A stretch of 64,000 nt of DNA from the human T2T-CHM13v2.0 reference genome, Homo sapiens: NCBI RefSeq assembly GCF_009914755.1, contig NC_060930.1, one strand, 5' to 3'. The notes below the pieces were generated by a model that was not told where the DNA came from, did no database searches, and worked only from the letters and a program-made list of their open reading frames with translations. The position numbers and the translations under genes are program-made. This document shows positions 18,041 through 39,973 of this stretch, in pieces; position 1 is the first letter of the stretch; the number at the start of each line of letters is the position of its first letter.

Positions 18041-18967
18041 AGAATGTCCATTTTATTGTACCCTTGCGAACAAGGGTACAATAAAATGTTAAATGAAAAT
18101 AACTAGTTTGGTTTTGAATGTTTGAAGAATTTATAGAACATTCAGGTTGGGATTCCATAAGGCAATTAGATAAATGATTTTGAAACTTGGAAAAGTGAAC
18201 TGAGTAAGATACATATTGGGAGTTATCCACATAATTGATGGTAAATTGTGGCCATCAAAATCATAGAGTCTGAATGGGAAAATACCTAGAGTGAGAAAAG
18301 AGCCCAGGATAGAACCTTGATACCAGCACTGTCCTTAAGAGATGGATACAGGCAAAGGACCCCACCAAGGACTGTGAGAAAAAGGGGTTAGAAATGATCA
18401 ATGCCATTCTCTATTTCTCTTTATGATGTCTGATTTTGTTCCTATAAGCCATCCTGTCCTGAAATTTTCCTGGTAAGTTGCCCATAGAGAAGCTCTTCCA
18501 CAATTTTCGGTAAGTGTGCATATTTATAACAAACACCTCACATGCCATCACCCTTAATCTCATTTCTGCTCAAAGTAAATGCCTTCATCAGTTTGTTTTA
18601 CTCATATTCCAGGCCACGTGTTCTTCCTTCTGCCAGCCTTCCAGGTTTCCTAGTCCAGCATGTCAGTCACCAGTCATTACTCAGATAAAGATAAAACCAC
18701 AACTGTGGCCTAGAACTGAGAACTTTATTCATGCTAAAACATAGCAGATATAAACTACCTATTGACCCTTAAATTCTTAAAAGTTTTTAATACTGCAGCC
18801 TAAACCTGAACTATATATGTTAACAGTATCTGGAAAATCTTCTTTAAATCACAGGCATAATTAATATGCTAAAATCTCAGTTTCTAGTTTAAATAACAAT
18901 CTACATCTGTTTTTTAAAAAGATTAATTTAACTATTCTCATTGAAATTACTACCTATAATTAATGTA

Positions 18968-19335
18968 CACTATGGTTTGAATGTTTATGTCCCCTCCAAA
19001 ATTCATGTTGAAACTTAATTCTCAATGCAACAGTATTAGAAGATAAGGCCTTCCAGAATTGAGGGCTTTGCTTTGAGGAGTGGGATTAATGCCTTGTAAA
19101 AGAGTAAAAGAGGCATCACACAGCATCTGCCCCTTTTTGCCCTTCTACCTATGTGAGGACACAGCAACAAGGTGTCACCCTGGAAGCAGAAAGCAACCTT
19201 CATGGGATTACAAACATGCCAGTGCCTTGACCTTGGACTTTCCAGCCTCAAGGACTGGGAGAAAACAAATTCCTGTTGTTTATAAATTACCCAGTCTAAG
19301 GTATTTTTTTATAGCAGCACAAAAAGACTAAGACT
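18968..19335 (+). mobile_element. MaLR LTR (MST/MLT1A-like), ending ~17 nt from exon 8 donor
   Basis: tatggtttgaatgtttatgtcccctccaaaattcatgttgaaacttaat...ttatagcagcacaaaaagactaagac. Confidence 0.85.
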
Positions 19336-19351
19336 GTGTGGAATTACTTAC

Positions 19352-19421
19352 GTTGTTCTTCTAAAGTCTTTTTGAAGTGTGGGATATTCTGGCATCTTTC
19401 TAATATCTTCCCAGTCTTTAT
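19352..19421 (-). CDS. CDK19: CDK19 exon 8 (70 nt): (D)KDWEDIRKMPEYPTLQKDFRRT(T)
   Basis: Acceptor TTTTGTAAG|AT, donor AAC|GTAAG. Confidence 0.95.
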
Positions 19422-19577
19422 CTTACAAAAAAATTAAATATTGTTATAGAAAATAATGTGTTAATTTAAAATCTCCTAATTATGTTAGTTTATAAATATA
19501 CATTAAAATATGCTTTTGAGAAGAAATGATTTTGAAATATGACTCAAAATATGACTTTAAAAAGGAAAATAAATTAC

Positions 19578-19721
19578 CTGCAGGAAACCCCATGACACTA
19601 AATATCCGATCCAGTTGATCATGATGAAAGGGATTGCTTGTTTTTATATCTTCCTGACGACAGTGAAAAATAGGTTCCGAAGTCAACAATTCAGCAAATA
19701 TACAACCTATTGCCCATATAT
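19578..19721 (-). CDS. CDK19: CDK19 exon 7 (144 nt): (D)[47 protein letters not shown]
   Basis: Visible in ORF 19480..19827; acceptor CCCAG|AT, donor CAG|GTAAT. Confidence 0.96.
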
Positions 19722-20094
19722 CTGGGAAGGAAGAAACATAAGTTTTTGTATATATTTCCTTGGTTATAATTCCTAGATATAATCCCAGCCTACTTATAAA
19801 AATACTTTTCAGTAAATCAATATACAAAGTACAATAAGTACATTAAGAGAACATTATTGTACTTTGTATTTTGACATATGTGTGGGTATGTGTGTATATA
19901 TAGGTATGTATATATATGTGTGTGTATGTGTATATATATATACATGACATGAAATAGCTATATCATCATGTAACAAATTGAAAGCCAAGTAATAAAAAAC
20001 ATTTACTTGTAAATTTTCTGATGACAATAAATGGGGACAGTCAATTTAGCAAGCAACAAATTCTTTAGATTTAGGCAAAGGTCTTTCTAACCAC

Positions 20095-20834
<740 letters not shown>

Positions 20835-20899
20835 TTAGTAGCCTATTAAATATGTGAATCACATTCTGCAATAAGCTAAACAAGGAAAAAGGTTAATTA

Positions 20900-21262
20900 C
20901 ACTATTCCTTCCTCATCTAAGTTTTTGCCCTCCAGTTTCAGTTACCTGCAGTCAACCACTGCAGTTCGAAAATATTAAATGGAAAATTCCAGAATAAACA
21001 ATTTATAAGTTTTAAATTGTGTACCATTCTGAGCAGTGTGATGAAATCTCATGCTACGCTCTCCATCTTCCTGGGATGTGAATCATCCCTCTGTTCATCC
21101 ACACTGTATACTCACTACCCACTGGTTAGTCACTTAGTGGTCGTCTGGGTTATTAGATCAAAAAAACATAGTATATACAGGGTTCGGTGCTATCTGCAAT
21201 TTCAGGCATCCCCTGGGGGGGTCTTGGGACATATTCCCAGCAGATAAGTGGGGACTACTGTA
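20900..21262. mobile_element. Tigger-derived MITE (MER44-like)
   Basis: ...tttcaggcatccctgggggggtcttgggacatattcccagcagataagtggggactactg-TA end. Confidence 0.75.
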
Positions 21263-22014
21263 TATCCATTAGCTAGAAGACGCATCAGAATGCTCTCTCC
21301 TAAAACAAATTGTCAAATGGAAAAATCCATACAGTAATGCCTTACTTATTTGACCACATTCAGGTACAGTTTCCTTCCACATAATTTAGCCTTCTGGATA
21401 ATGGAAACATATTCCTTTGACGACCATTTTTTAATTACACCATTGCCTGCCACCATAAAAGGCTATAAAAAATGTAATCCTCCTTAATGATGCAGCAAGG
21501 TCATCATCATCATGAACATCCATCACTACAGAGTAGAGTAATAATACTGCTCAGCATCCATTTCTGAATTCTTTTCTGTCTCCCATGTCATACTGGTTGT
21601 CACTCTTCCCCCGATATGGCTGCCTCTGATGGTCCCATCTCTCTTCCTCATTACCACCTCTACTATGCAGTATACCAGGACTACTACTGCATGTGCCTGG
21701 TCATGCCAATTCCTGGTTTGTCCTCCATTCAAAGGACAAGAGCCAGGGTCTTGAGTTCCCAGTGAACTGCTAACATAAGAAACCTCAGATAGCAGGTGGC
21801 AGTACATTCAAAGGTTTTCTGCCTCATATTAGCCTATAATTTCAAAAGGCCATCTGGCTCCTGCACCATCTGTAGCTACTTCTCAGGTTTCTTTCCTCTA
21901 TCAATGATTTGTTCTCCTGACACACCCATAAACACACCTGCCCCAACACTGCTTGTCACCATCACTGCCACTCCCCTCCCCAACTGTCACTCCACAAACC
22001 TCCACTGATATCAA

Positions 22015-22229
22015 ATGCCTCCCGGGTTCAAGGGGTTCTCTCACCTCAGCCTCCAGAATAGCTGGGATTATAGGCACACACCACCATGCCTGGCTAATTT
22101 TTGTATTTTTGGTAGAGACGGGGATTCACCATGTTGGCCAGGCTGGTCTTAACTCCGGACCTCAAGTGATCCACCTGCCTTGGCCTCCCAAAGCGCTGGG
22201 ATTACAGACATGAGGCACCTTGCCCGGCC
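22015..22229 (-). mobile_element. Partial AluS
   Basis: Alu motifs; tail end missing. Confidence 0.85.
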
Positions 22230-24594
22230 CTAAGTACTCATTTCTAACATGGACCATGTATGGAGAAGAGTACGAAAAAGTGAATAAGTATGTACTTATA
22301 AACATCTGCTATTAACATATTTGAAGCCCTAAGATAACTGATTTGGGGATTATTCTTTCTTTCTGTCTTAACTTTCTCCTACCTTCTATCCAGAATGGAT
22401 AATTGGGAATTGACTAAAATTAGAAATTAGTGATTATGTTTTTATCTTTAAGCGGTAAATTTCATTTACCAAGCAAGTGAGTTGCAAGCTGGTTAAAATT
22501 CAATTTCATTTTTCCTTACCCTGAGGAAATAAGAAGTATAATTGGTTTTCAACTCATATCCGATTTCATTTATTTAAAAAAAAGCATCTATTTTCATTTC
22601 AACAAGAGAAAAATAAATCAGAAAATATTCATAAAATTGTGCTTCTCAAAGTGTGGGCTCTCAAAGTATATGGGTCCCGCACAACAGAATCACCTACCTA
22701 AGGGCATGGACCCGCTGTGTTAGCTTCTCTGAGAGTGGGACAGACATTGGTGGGAAGTCATTTAGCTTAACAGAAGGTTTTGACTGAATGTGTCTTTTCC
22801 TAAAGGAAATCTCCCTTCTAGAGCTAGACTGTCCTAGTGTTTGGATTAAGTCTAAGGTATATGGATTTCTATGGAGATTGCATCCTCTTCTCCCTTCCTC
22901 GTGTCCTGGGTTATCTGTCATTAACCTGTTCTAAGGCATCACCTTTTACTTTCAACTAACACTCTTCCCTTCCCTGGCTTACTTTCAGTCTCTTCCTATC
23001 CTCTGGTTCCTTCTGAGGTTGTCTAAGGGATATGACTGTTTTCAATAGTGGGTAAGGAGAGACCTAAATGACAGAAAAAACAAACTTATGATTCTAAAAG
23101 TCTCAAAAATACAGCTCCATAGTAAAAGTCACTGGTTGGAATGTACACAGGCAGGATCACAGGGCCACTCCATCCCTTCCACTTGCTGTCTGTAGTTCTT
23201 CCCTCACCTTTTGCAGACGGCTGCCACTGTCCACTGATGACAGCCTGGCCTTGGTAGCCTCTGATCTGCTGCCTTACCAGAGGCCCAGCTGCACAGGTAA
23301 GGGTTTTATGTCACTCTCACATTTCTCTACTGTCAAACACATACCAGTTTACTCAGAGGCTTTTTCACTAATTTAACAAAACTATTCAGCAGTATTTATC
23401 AATAATTTACAATATTGCAGCACTGTGCTAGAGTCTGTGTCTCTGGACAAAATCTAAATGTGTTCTGGTGTCTGAGTTTTGCAGAAATCAGACGTCTTGA
23501 TGAATGAGGACTTACTATATTTTAATTTTTGTGTTCTTTTTTAACCCATGAGTAGGCTAATTATCAGTCTAATCTTTCCAAGTGTGAGAGTTTCCTTTGT
23601 AGCTCTTTGGGTATCACCAGGTTTTTCATAAGCTTGTTTAGCAGAGAAAGGATTGTGCTTGTCTATTTTTAATAATTTTATACTTGCAGTGCCTTTATTA
23701 AATAGAATTCAACAAAAGCAGCTAAAGGTAGCCAAAACTGATATGAGACTAATGCCAGTAAACAGAAAATTCAATAAAAGGAAAATTTAAAGAAATATAC
23801 TTAGGAAATTTGGATACCTTGTAGAACTATCCCTTCTAACAGCTACAATGTACTCTCCCCTACTCTCTCCTTTTCCTTCCTTTAAAGAAATCTCTAGGTT
23901 TGAGGAGGGCCAGCTCCTACTGACTCCCTCCATTCACAGCTGGGCCGTGTGAGGATACTGCAGTCACCAGGTAGCAAATCTCTGAAGCCACTGTTCTGAG
24001 GCAGACTTTAAATTTTACACAGTGTGTTTATAACAGATTTTCTTACTCAGTTTTTTTAACTTGATGAGATGGCAAGACGCTGAGCACAGCTAATCTACCC
24101 AGACTCTATTTCCTACCTTAATGGAGAAACTGCCATTCTCATAACTGTAATGGCAAGAGAGAAAGATTAGTTATATTGCTTCTTGCTTAGGAAACAATGT
24201 GACTAACTTTTCCCCAAATAGAAGGGGTTCTTTCCAATACTGCACTACTCCTGTTTTTGTTTTTCATTTTGTGAAGAAAACAATTCTCAACTTCTCTCCA
24301 GTTCTTCTGATCAACAGCTACTAAGTACAAAATAAAATGTGCATGTTATTGTTTCCATAGCAACTCAACAGGATCAGATACTGATACCTCTATTCTCTGA
24401 AAGAAAATGTTTTCTTCTTTTAAAATAACCATATTCTCCTATACAGTTAACAATCTAAATCTACCAGAAATCTAGGAATACAGAAGACAATAGGACTTTT
24501 ACAAAAATGTATAAAATGGTTTTTATCAAGTAGCTTTATTATTATACCATTTTATATTTATGATCGTTAGATGACAAGATAGTAAATCATTTTA

Positions 24595-24810
<216 letters not shown>

Positions 24811-25025
24811 AAATTCAGTTTGACATGCTATTAGAACCATGCAAGGTTGACAACAATAGCTGCTGACCTTATAAAGCAATCCTTTTCCTCCCTTTTTAAC
24901 CAGAGGTCTACACCAAGTACCAGAAAGGAATTAACTTCATTTACCTTTATTATCTACCATCAGAAGGACATACTATTATTGTGCCTGTTTTACTGATGAA
25001 GGAATTGAAGCTTAAAGATATTCTG

Positions 25026-28412
<3,387 letters not shown>

Positions 28413-30239
28413 CAACTATCCTTTTCTTTTAAGCAAAAAACAACACTGTATCAAAGCATTAGGCATAGGCATTGGTATTACTAATGTTTAAAAAACAATA
28501 GTGGCTACTAAAACAAAATTTAAAATCTATTTAATAAACTATCTTGATTGTCCATTAGATCTTTATCATTAATTATTACTTACTTTTAACCCTAGTTTTA
28601 TCCCTAATCTTGGCAGAATTACAATCTTAAAACTCTTAATAGTAAGGTAACTAACTGGCCTGGCCAGAGTACAGAATTTTGCTAAGGAGTACTAAGAGAA
28701 CAAATTAGATTGGGGTGACTGGGAGAAATGTGACGAATGGTACAAACAAGGGGAATACAAGATGATGATGATGAATTTGGTTTGGGACAATGGAGGATAA
28801 GTTACCACAAGATATCCAAATAGAAATAAAGACTTCGGCTAGGGTGAGAGATTAGACTCTGGTATCAAGATCTTAGAATCATTTTCATAAATCCATGATC
28901 CTGAGGCCATAACTTATCAATTTCCTAAAGAAGTAATTTTAGAGGGAAGCCATGTCCTAAGCCAGTGCCTTGAAACAATAGGTTAGTAGAAGTAAGAGGC
29001 AAGAATGAACAGAAGGCAAAGTCACAGCAAAAGTGGGAGGCAGAAAAATGGAATTATGGTATGCCATATAGACCAGCGGAGAAGACACCCTCAAAGCCAG
29101 GACTGTCAGAAGAACAAATGGTTTACTGCAGTAAAGGAGAAAGTTGATTAATACAGGCCACTTGATTTGGTAAAGTAGAGGTCACAGGTGTCCTTTCAGA
29201 GAGGACTTTTGATAGAGGGATGGAATTAGAGGCCAGGTTATAACAAATTAGAGTAAGTGGAACCAAAGAGTGAACATCATGTGTTCTAAAAGTAGAGGAA
29301 CAAAAAGGGAAATGAATAGAGCAAGTGCTAAAGAAAAACAAGATGGATATAAGATGTATTTTAAATTGGGAAAAGGACGATGAAGGTTTAAAGGTGAAAA
29401 AGAGAAACTTGAGAAGGGGAAATAGCAATATTGTACTATGAGGTAGGAAGACATTTAGAAGCTAGGAAGGGCACTAGTAGATAGGACTTAGGAAAGGAAA
29501 GTCTGTCTTTCACAGAGGCTTTCTCAAGGGCAGGGCTGTACAGCCAAAGAGTAGAGGTCAGTGAGATCACACCAGACAGCTCTGATATCACTAGGCAGGG
29601 ATGTTTGTAGGGAAAGAGCCTCAGGACTTAGAATTCAAGTTCTAGCTTTGACAGGCTGAGGAAGCTACAACCTCTCTAAATCTTGTCTTCCTTATTTTCA
29701 GAGGGTGGTTGTGTAAAATAAATGCGGTAACATCAAAGTACATATTGCAATGTATAGTAAACTGTTCATTTTACTGTCTCTCACAGAAGGGACCATCCTT
29801 TATCTCCCTTTCGCCTGTATCTGGCAAAAAGTAGGCACTCAATAAATGCCTCTAAGAAAAGGAGTGCAAGAGTAAAATAAAAATAGACAAGTGAGAAATT
29901 ATGGTGGAAGTGGGGGAGGGAAGAGAAGGAAAGCTACCAGCTACTTAATTAACATCAACAAACTTCTGAATGAATCTGATAATCTCAGCAAACTTAGGCT
30001 AGAGGTGTTTAAAGAAAAGGAAGTTGGTTTAGAACAGCTTATTTAGCAACTGGGCTAGGGAGTTAACTGAAAAAGTAGAAAACTAAACAGCAGGGTGGGC
30101 TTGAAATAGGGCAGCATGAATTTGTAGTGGGTCAAGTGAGCACAATTTTGCATCACCTTTAGCATGGTATATTCTAATAGCAAAGAAACCAGGCTGATTA
30201 ACACATTTTAACATATTTCTAAAAAGCATTCAACTTTCA

Positions 30240-30570
<331 letters not shown>

Positions 30571-31224
30571 TAGAATAAAGCATTTCTTAGCTCATCTTCT
30601 CCCCAAATATGTAATAGGTATAAATGATGCTGATTTTTTTTTTTAGAACATTCAGGATTATAAAGGAAATCTTAATATACAAATAAGAATCCTGCCAGTG
30701 CCTCAATCTAAGAGAGGCAGCTAAGAGAGTCTGTAAACATATATATCTATTTGGAAAAGGTATGTTAGTACTTGGTGCAAGACATGCAGGCCAGGTGTGG
30801 TGAAGTAGGGAGAACCTGTGAAGGTTTAAATATATTCGCTCAGGGTGGGGAGGAAAATATTCAGGAAGAGAATAGTTGGTAAACCTGAAACAGAAGTGAG
30901 ATTTAGAGGATTATATTTAAGGTGGCTGTGCAGGACAGTGGTGGTGACATAAACACATGCTTGGGTTACTGTATGGGAATGAATGCTTTTGTGAACTAGC
31001 TTGTCAATTTCCAGTGATGCCTCAACTTAGAACTAAAGAATCTTATTTTGGGAAAAAACCTAGGAGTTTTGTAGACTATCTATCTACATTTTCCAATATC
31101 TTTTCTAAAAATAATGAGAAAGTAATTTTAAAATTAACTACCTAAATAAGGGCATTAAAAAGGGAAACCATCTTTGCAGTTAACTTCAGTTTTTAAATAA
31201 ATTATTTTAGGAATAATTACCTAC

Positions 31225-31282
31225 CTATTTTGACTCTCCCCCTCTCAGGACCTTCTCCCATTACTAGGATATTTGCTGGTTT
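31225..31282 (-). CDS. CDK19: CDK19 exon 5 (58 nt): KPANILVMGEGPERGRVKI
   Basis: Acceptor TTTCTAG|AAA, donor ATAG|GTAGGT; frame continues into exon 6. Confidence 0.95.
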
Positions 31283-32505
31283 CTAGAAATAAAAATAGAG
31301 CATTCAAATTACCATGTTTATTCTTTTGACATGCTCTAAAATGGAGAAAAGTTCTTATCATATAAAAAATCATTTCTGTATTTTCATCAAAAGTAAATCA
31401 AATATTAAGCACCCTCTACATAGTTAAAGCATTTGACATAATTGAAGTCAGCACTAACTTTATATGAACATCCTTGCTATGGAAACACACCTTATTTTCA
31501 AAATTATATCATACAAATAATTACAAAGCAATTAAAGCTATCATTTCTAAATAGATTCATCCCGCAGAAAAAACTAATAATAATTTTTAAACCTGCACAG
31601 TTTATGTGCTTGAAAAATTTTATATAAAATTTCAAACCACAACATAATCGCCTTCATATGAATAAGTTGAATGGAATATTCCTTCCTAAATATTTCTAAA
31701 CTACCGTAGAAAAACATGATCAGCATTCAACAACTCTATTAAAATTCATGCATCAGCTATCATACATGCAAAAGTAGGAAATTCCAAATATAATTTCAAG
31801 ATGTAGGAAAATAAAAACCAAGGCTAATACAGAACTATAAAAAGAAAAGAGTAGGCTGCAAATGTATCTACCATATTTTCAGTCACCCTTATCTGTAGAC
31901 ACTTGGAAACAGAGAAACTGTTGAGATAGGCTTTGGAAGGGGGAGAGAGTGAGTCTCCTTTGTAAAGTCTTTGAAGGAAAATGTATGTGTTATTAACTTA
32001 CTGGATTCATTTATTCAATCAACGAATGCATTTTTTGTATCTTCTAAGGATAAAGAACCATGCCAATCTTTAAGAGGGAAAACAAAAGCACAGTAAAAAC
32101 CAAGTTCCTAACCTCCAGACGCTTACTACATAAGTAGAAAGAAAACTAAGAAGGATTGTATAATATTAGAAGCTAGTGCTATGTATGAGTTATAGAGAAG
32201 ACTGAGGTTTTGTGTTCAAGATTAAACTGGATTACTTTAAAGATCCCTTTCAATTTGCTGATTGTTAAAAATGTTTCAATGAAAACAAAAAGCACTTAAA
32301 AAACAAATTCAAAGGAGGAAGTGATGAATTAAAGATTCCACTGTTAAGGGAAATGCTCACTGGGGATGGAAGTGGGAATGGTGTCCATTAGACGGATATG
32401 AAAATGAACAGGAACCATCATGGCAGAGTAGAGGAAGGGCAAGGACACCATAGGAAGTGGAAAAAGGATATGACCAGGTATGCATAAGACGCAGAAGTCT
32501 GACTT

Positions 32506-35352
<2,847 letters not shown>

Positions 35353-35989
35353 ATAGGAGGGGAGGGGAGGGGAGGAGTCAGGAAGGGGAAAGGAGAGTAG
35401 AGGAGAAGGGAGAAGGAAAGGGGGAAGAGGGAGAGAGACAGCAGAGGAGAGGGAAAAGAGAGAAAAAGGAAAAAGAAAGGAAATATTCCTTGAAGCATCC
35501 CAGATTGCACAAGAGATAACAAACTTTACCCTCACTCCAAATAAGGTATCCTTATGGCTGGAGAGTTAAGGAAAGGCAAGGTAGGCCTGAGAGCAGCTGC
35601 CAATAATGCACTTCAGCAAGGACACTGAGCCTTGGGCCACCAGCAAGGTAAGGAAGCTGAGCCTGCTACCCCACAATCACTAAGACCTTCAAGGGCACTA
35701 AAGGAAACCTAGATGCTACCAGTAGAAGCCAAAGCAAACCCCTTCTGGAGGAAACACTTACCAACTTAGGCCTGACGAGTAAAACAATACATTTTCCAGC
35801 TAAAAGACACAGGTATTTCCATAGTGGATTAAAAACAAAATCCATGCTATTTAAAAGAGGTCCACCTAAAGGTAAGAACCATAAAAGCTGAAAGTAAAAG
35901 GCAAACTGCCAAAGGAAAGCTGAGTCAACTATGGTAACATCAGATAAAATAGCTTTTAACACAAAAACATTATTAGGATAGAACTGGAG

Positions 35990-37440
<1,451 letters not shown>

Positions 37441-38137
37441 AAAACAAATTAGGGGTAGAGATGATCACTATATAATGATACAAAGTTCAATTCACCAGGA
37501 AGAGGCAATAATCCTAAACCTGTTATGTACTTGAAAAATATATATATGAAGCAAAATAAATATAACTTCAGGGAGTAAAAAGGCCAATGATAACATACTT
37601 TCCTCAATTATTCATATGTCAAACAGACAAAAGATTAGTAAAATATAGACTATCCAAAGGATACAATTAACTAGGATGATCTAGAGAGCATATACACAAC
37701 TTTCTATCCAGTAATTAGAGAGTACACATTTTTCTCAAGCACACATGGAACATTTACAAATACTGATCATATACTAGCAGGTCTCAAGAAATTTCAAGAA
37801 ATTTTTTATCAAACAGACTATGTTCTCTAACCACAATACAATTAAAACTCTACATATTTGAAAATTTTTAAATATTTCTAAATTACTCAGAGTAAAAGGA
37901 GAAACCATAAAAGTTTAAAATATTCAGAATTGAAATAATGAAAATACTATCTACAAAAACTTTGTGGAAGACATCTAATACAGTACTTACAAGGAAAATG
38001 TATAGCCTTAAATATGTTAGGAAGAGAAAAAGGCTGAGAATAATGAGTTATGTGCTCAATAAGTTTAAAAAATAGAGAAAGAGAAAAGGTCAACAGAATA
38101 AACCAAAAGAAAGTAGAAGTAGAAAGATAAAGGGTAG

Positions 38138-39973
38138 GATGGGTGGGCAAGTGGAGGGGACCGTTCAGATGCACATCATCCTCGGTCCCTCGGGACTACA
38201 GGGACTCACGAGCCGGAGCCCAGAAATCCAGGGGTGGATAAGACACTTTGTCCCCTCCAATTTCCGAACTCTTGACGACGGCTGGAGGCCAACAGAGTCC
38301 CTACAGGTGGTGTCCACGGTAATGCATGGACAATGAGCGGCTGTTTTCCAGTTTCTGGCCTCTGGTGCCTATCTAGAGACGGAGGGATGGCCGCGCACGA
38401 CGCGCCGCGCTTCCTCCTGACCTTCGATTTCGAAGAGACTATCGTAGACGAAAACAGCGGCGACTCAGTCCTGCGAACTGTGCCGGGACAGCAGGTGCAG
38501 GAGAGCCTGCGAGCCACCGACCGCGAGGGCTTCTACAACGAGCACATGCAGCGCGTCTTCAAGTATCTGGGCAAGCAGGGTGTGCGGTCGCGGGACCTGC
38601 GTGCCATCTACGAAGCTATCCCTTTGTTGCCAGGCATGGGCGACCTGCTGCAGTTTGTGGCTAAGCAAGGCACCTCCTTCGAGGTGATTCTCATCTCTGA
38701 TGCTAACACCTTCGGCATGGAGAGCACGCAGCGCGCCACCGGCCACCAGAGCCTGTTCCTCCGCATCCTCAGCAACTCGTCGGGGTCCGACGCGCAGGAG
38801 CTGCTGGCTCTGTGGCCGTTCCACACACATAGTTGCGTGTGCTGCCCCGCCAACATGTGCAAGCACAAGGTGCTCAGCGACTACCTGCGCGAACGGGCCC
38901 ACGACGGCATGCACTTCGAGTGCCTCTTCCATGTGGGCGACAGCGCCAACGACTTCTGCCCATGGGGCTGCTGGCGGGCGGCGACATGGCCTTCCCGCGC
39001 CGCAGCTACCCCATGCACCGCCTCATCCCTGAGGCCCAGAAGGCGGAGCCCAGCTCGTTCTGTGCCAGCGTGGTGCCCTGGGAAACCGACGTGCGCCTCC
39101 ACCTGCAACAGGTGCTTAAGTCGTGCTGAGTACGGCCACCTGCAGGGGGTCAACCGGGCCAACGGCGGAGGGGGCGGGGAGGGGGGATTCGGAAAAGACA
39201 AAGTTAGTTTTACTACTCCCTTTTCCCTTTGGCTTTGCTATATGTCTCTCTGGGAATTTCTGGAATCTCGTTCATCATCCCTATCGATGCAGTTAACCCA
39301 CCTCGGCTGCCTCCCCTGTTCCACTGCGCACGGTTGAGTTCTGGCGTCTGACTCATCGTGGGGTGGCGGGCAAACCTTGGAAGGCAGCAGTGTTTCCTGG
39401 TCCTCCCAAGTGGGAGGAAGGGGCTCCCCGGCAGGTGAGAGAAGGAAAATCTCCCACTGCTGTAATTGCTGCCTCGGGCCGCGTGACCGCCCGCCTCCAG
39501 TCTTTTGTGGAGGGAACCCAGGATCCTGAAATCCTCGTGGCTGCAAGGACTCCCCACAGAGACAGAGGAGGGTCTCCACCTATGCCCCAGGCCTTCGCGA
39601 TCTTGCTTCACCCACCACGACCCGACACTATTTCTGCGCTGTCTACACCCTCCTGCCTCCCGACCCCTGCACTCCCCTCTATCACCCCCAAAGGAAAAGC
39701 CAGAGGGAACAACCGCCTCCTGGTGGTGGTACGAGGTAGCGCACCGTCCAGCTGGGGTCCGGCCGGCCAGTAACCTCGAAGCATGCGACGGTGTCTCTCT
39801 CCTTGCACCCCAGCCTTGTCTATGCAGCAAGAGACCAGCGACTTCACCAAAATCCCCCAACAATGGAACAGAAAGCCATGATGTGTTTAAGTAGAACCAG
39901 CGAAACCCAAGCCCCTCCTTCCTCTGGTGTTTTAGAACTACAAAGGAGTTGTGAAGGGGGGTGGGGGGGAGGG
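38138..39973 (+). pseudogene. PHOSPHO1 processed pseudogene (5'UTR, CDS 38333-39129 with 1-nt frameshift near 38960, 3'UTR)
   Basis: ORF 38333 [47 protein letters not shown] continues in another frame as [17 protein letters not shown], matching PHOSPHO1 (HAD phosphatase); intronless; TSD AAGATAAAGGGTAG at 38124-38137 and 39974-39987. Confidence 0.93.
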
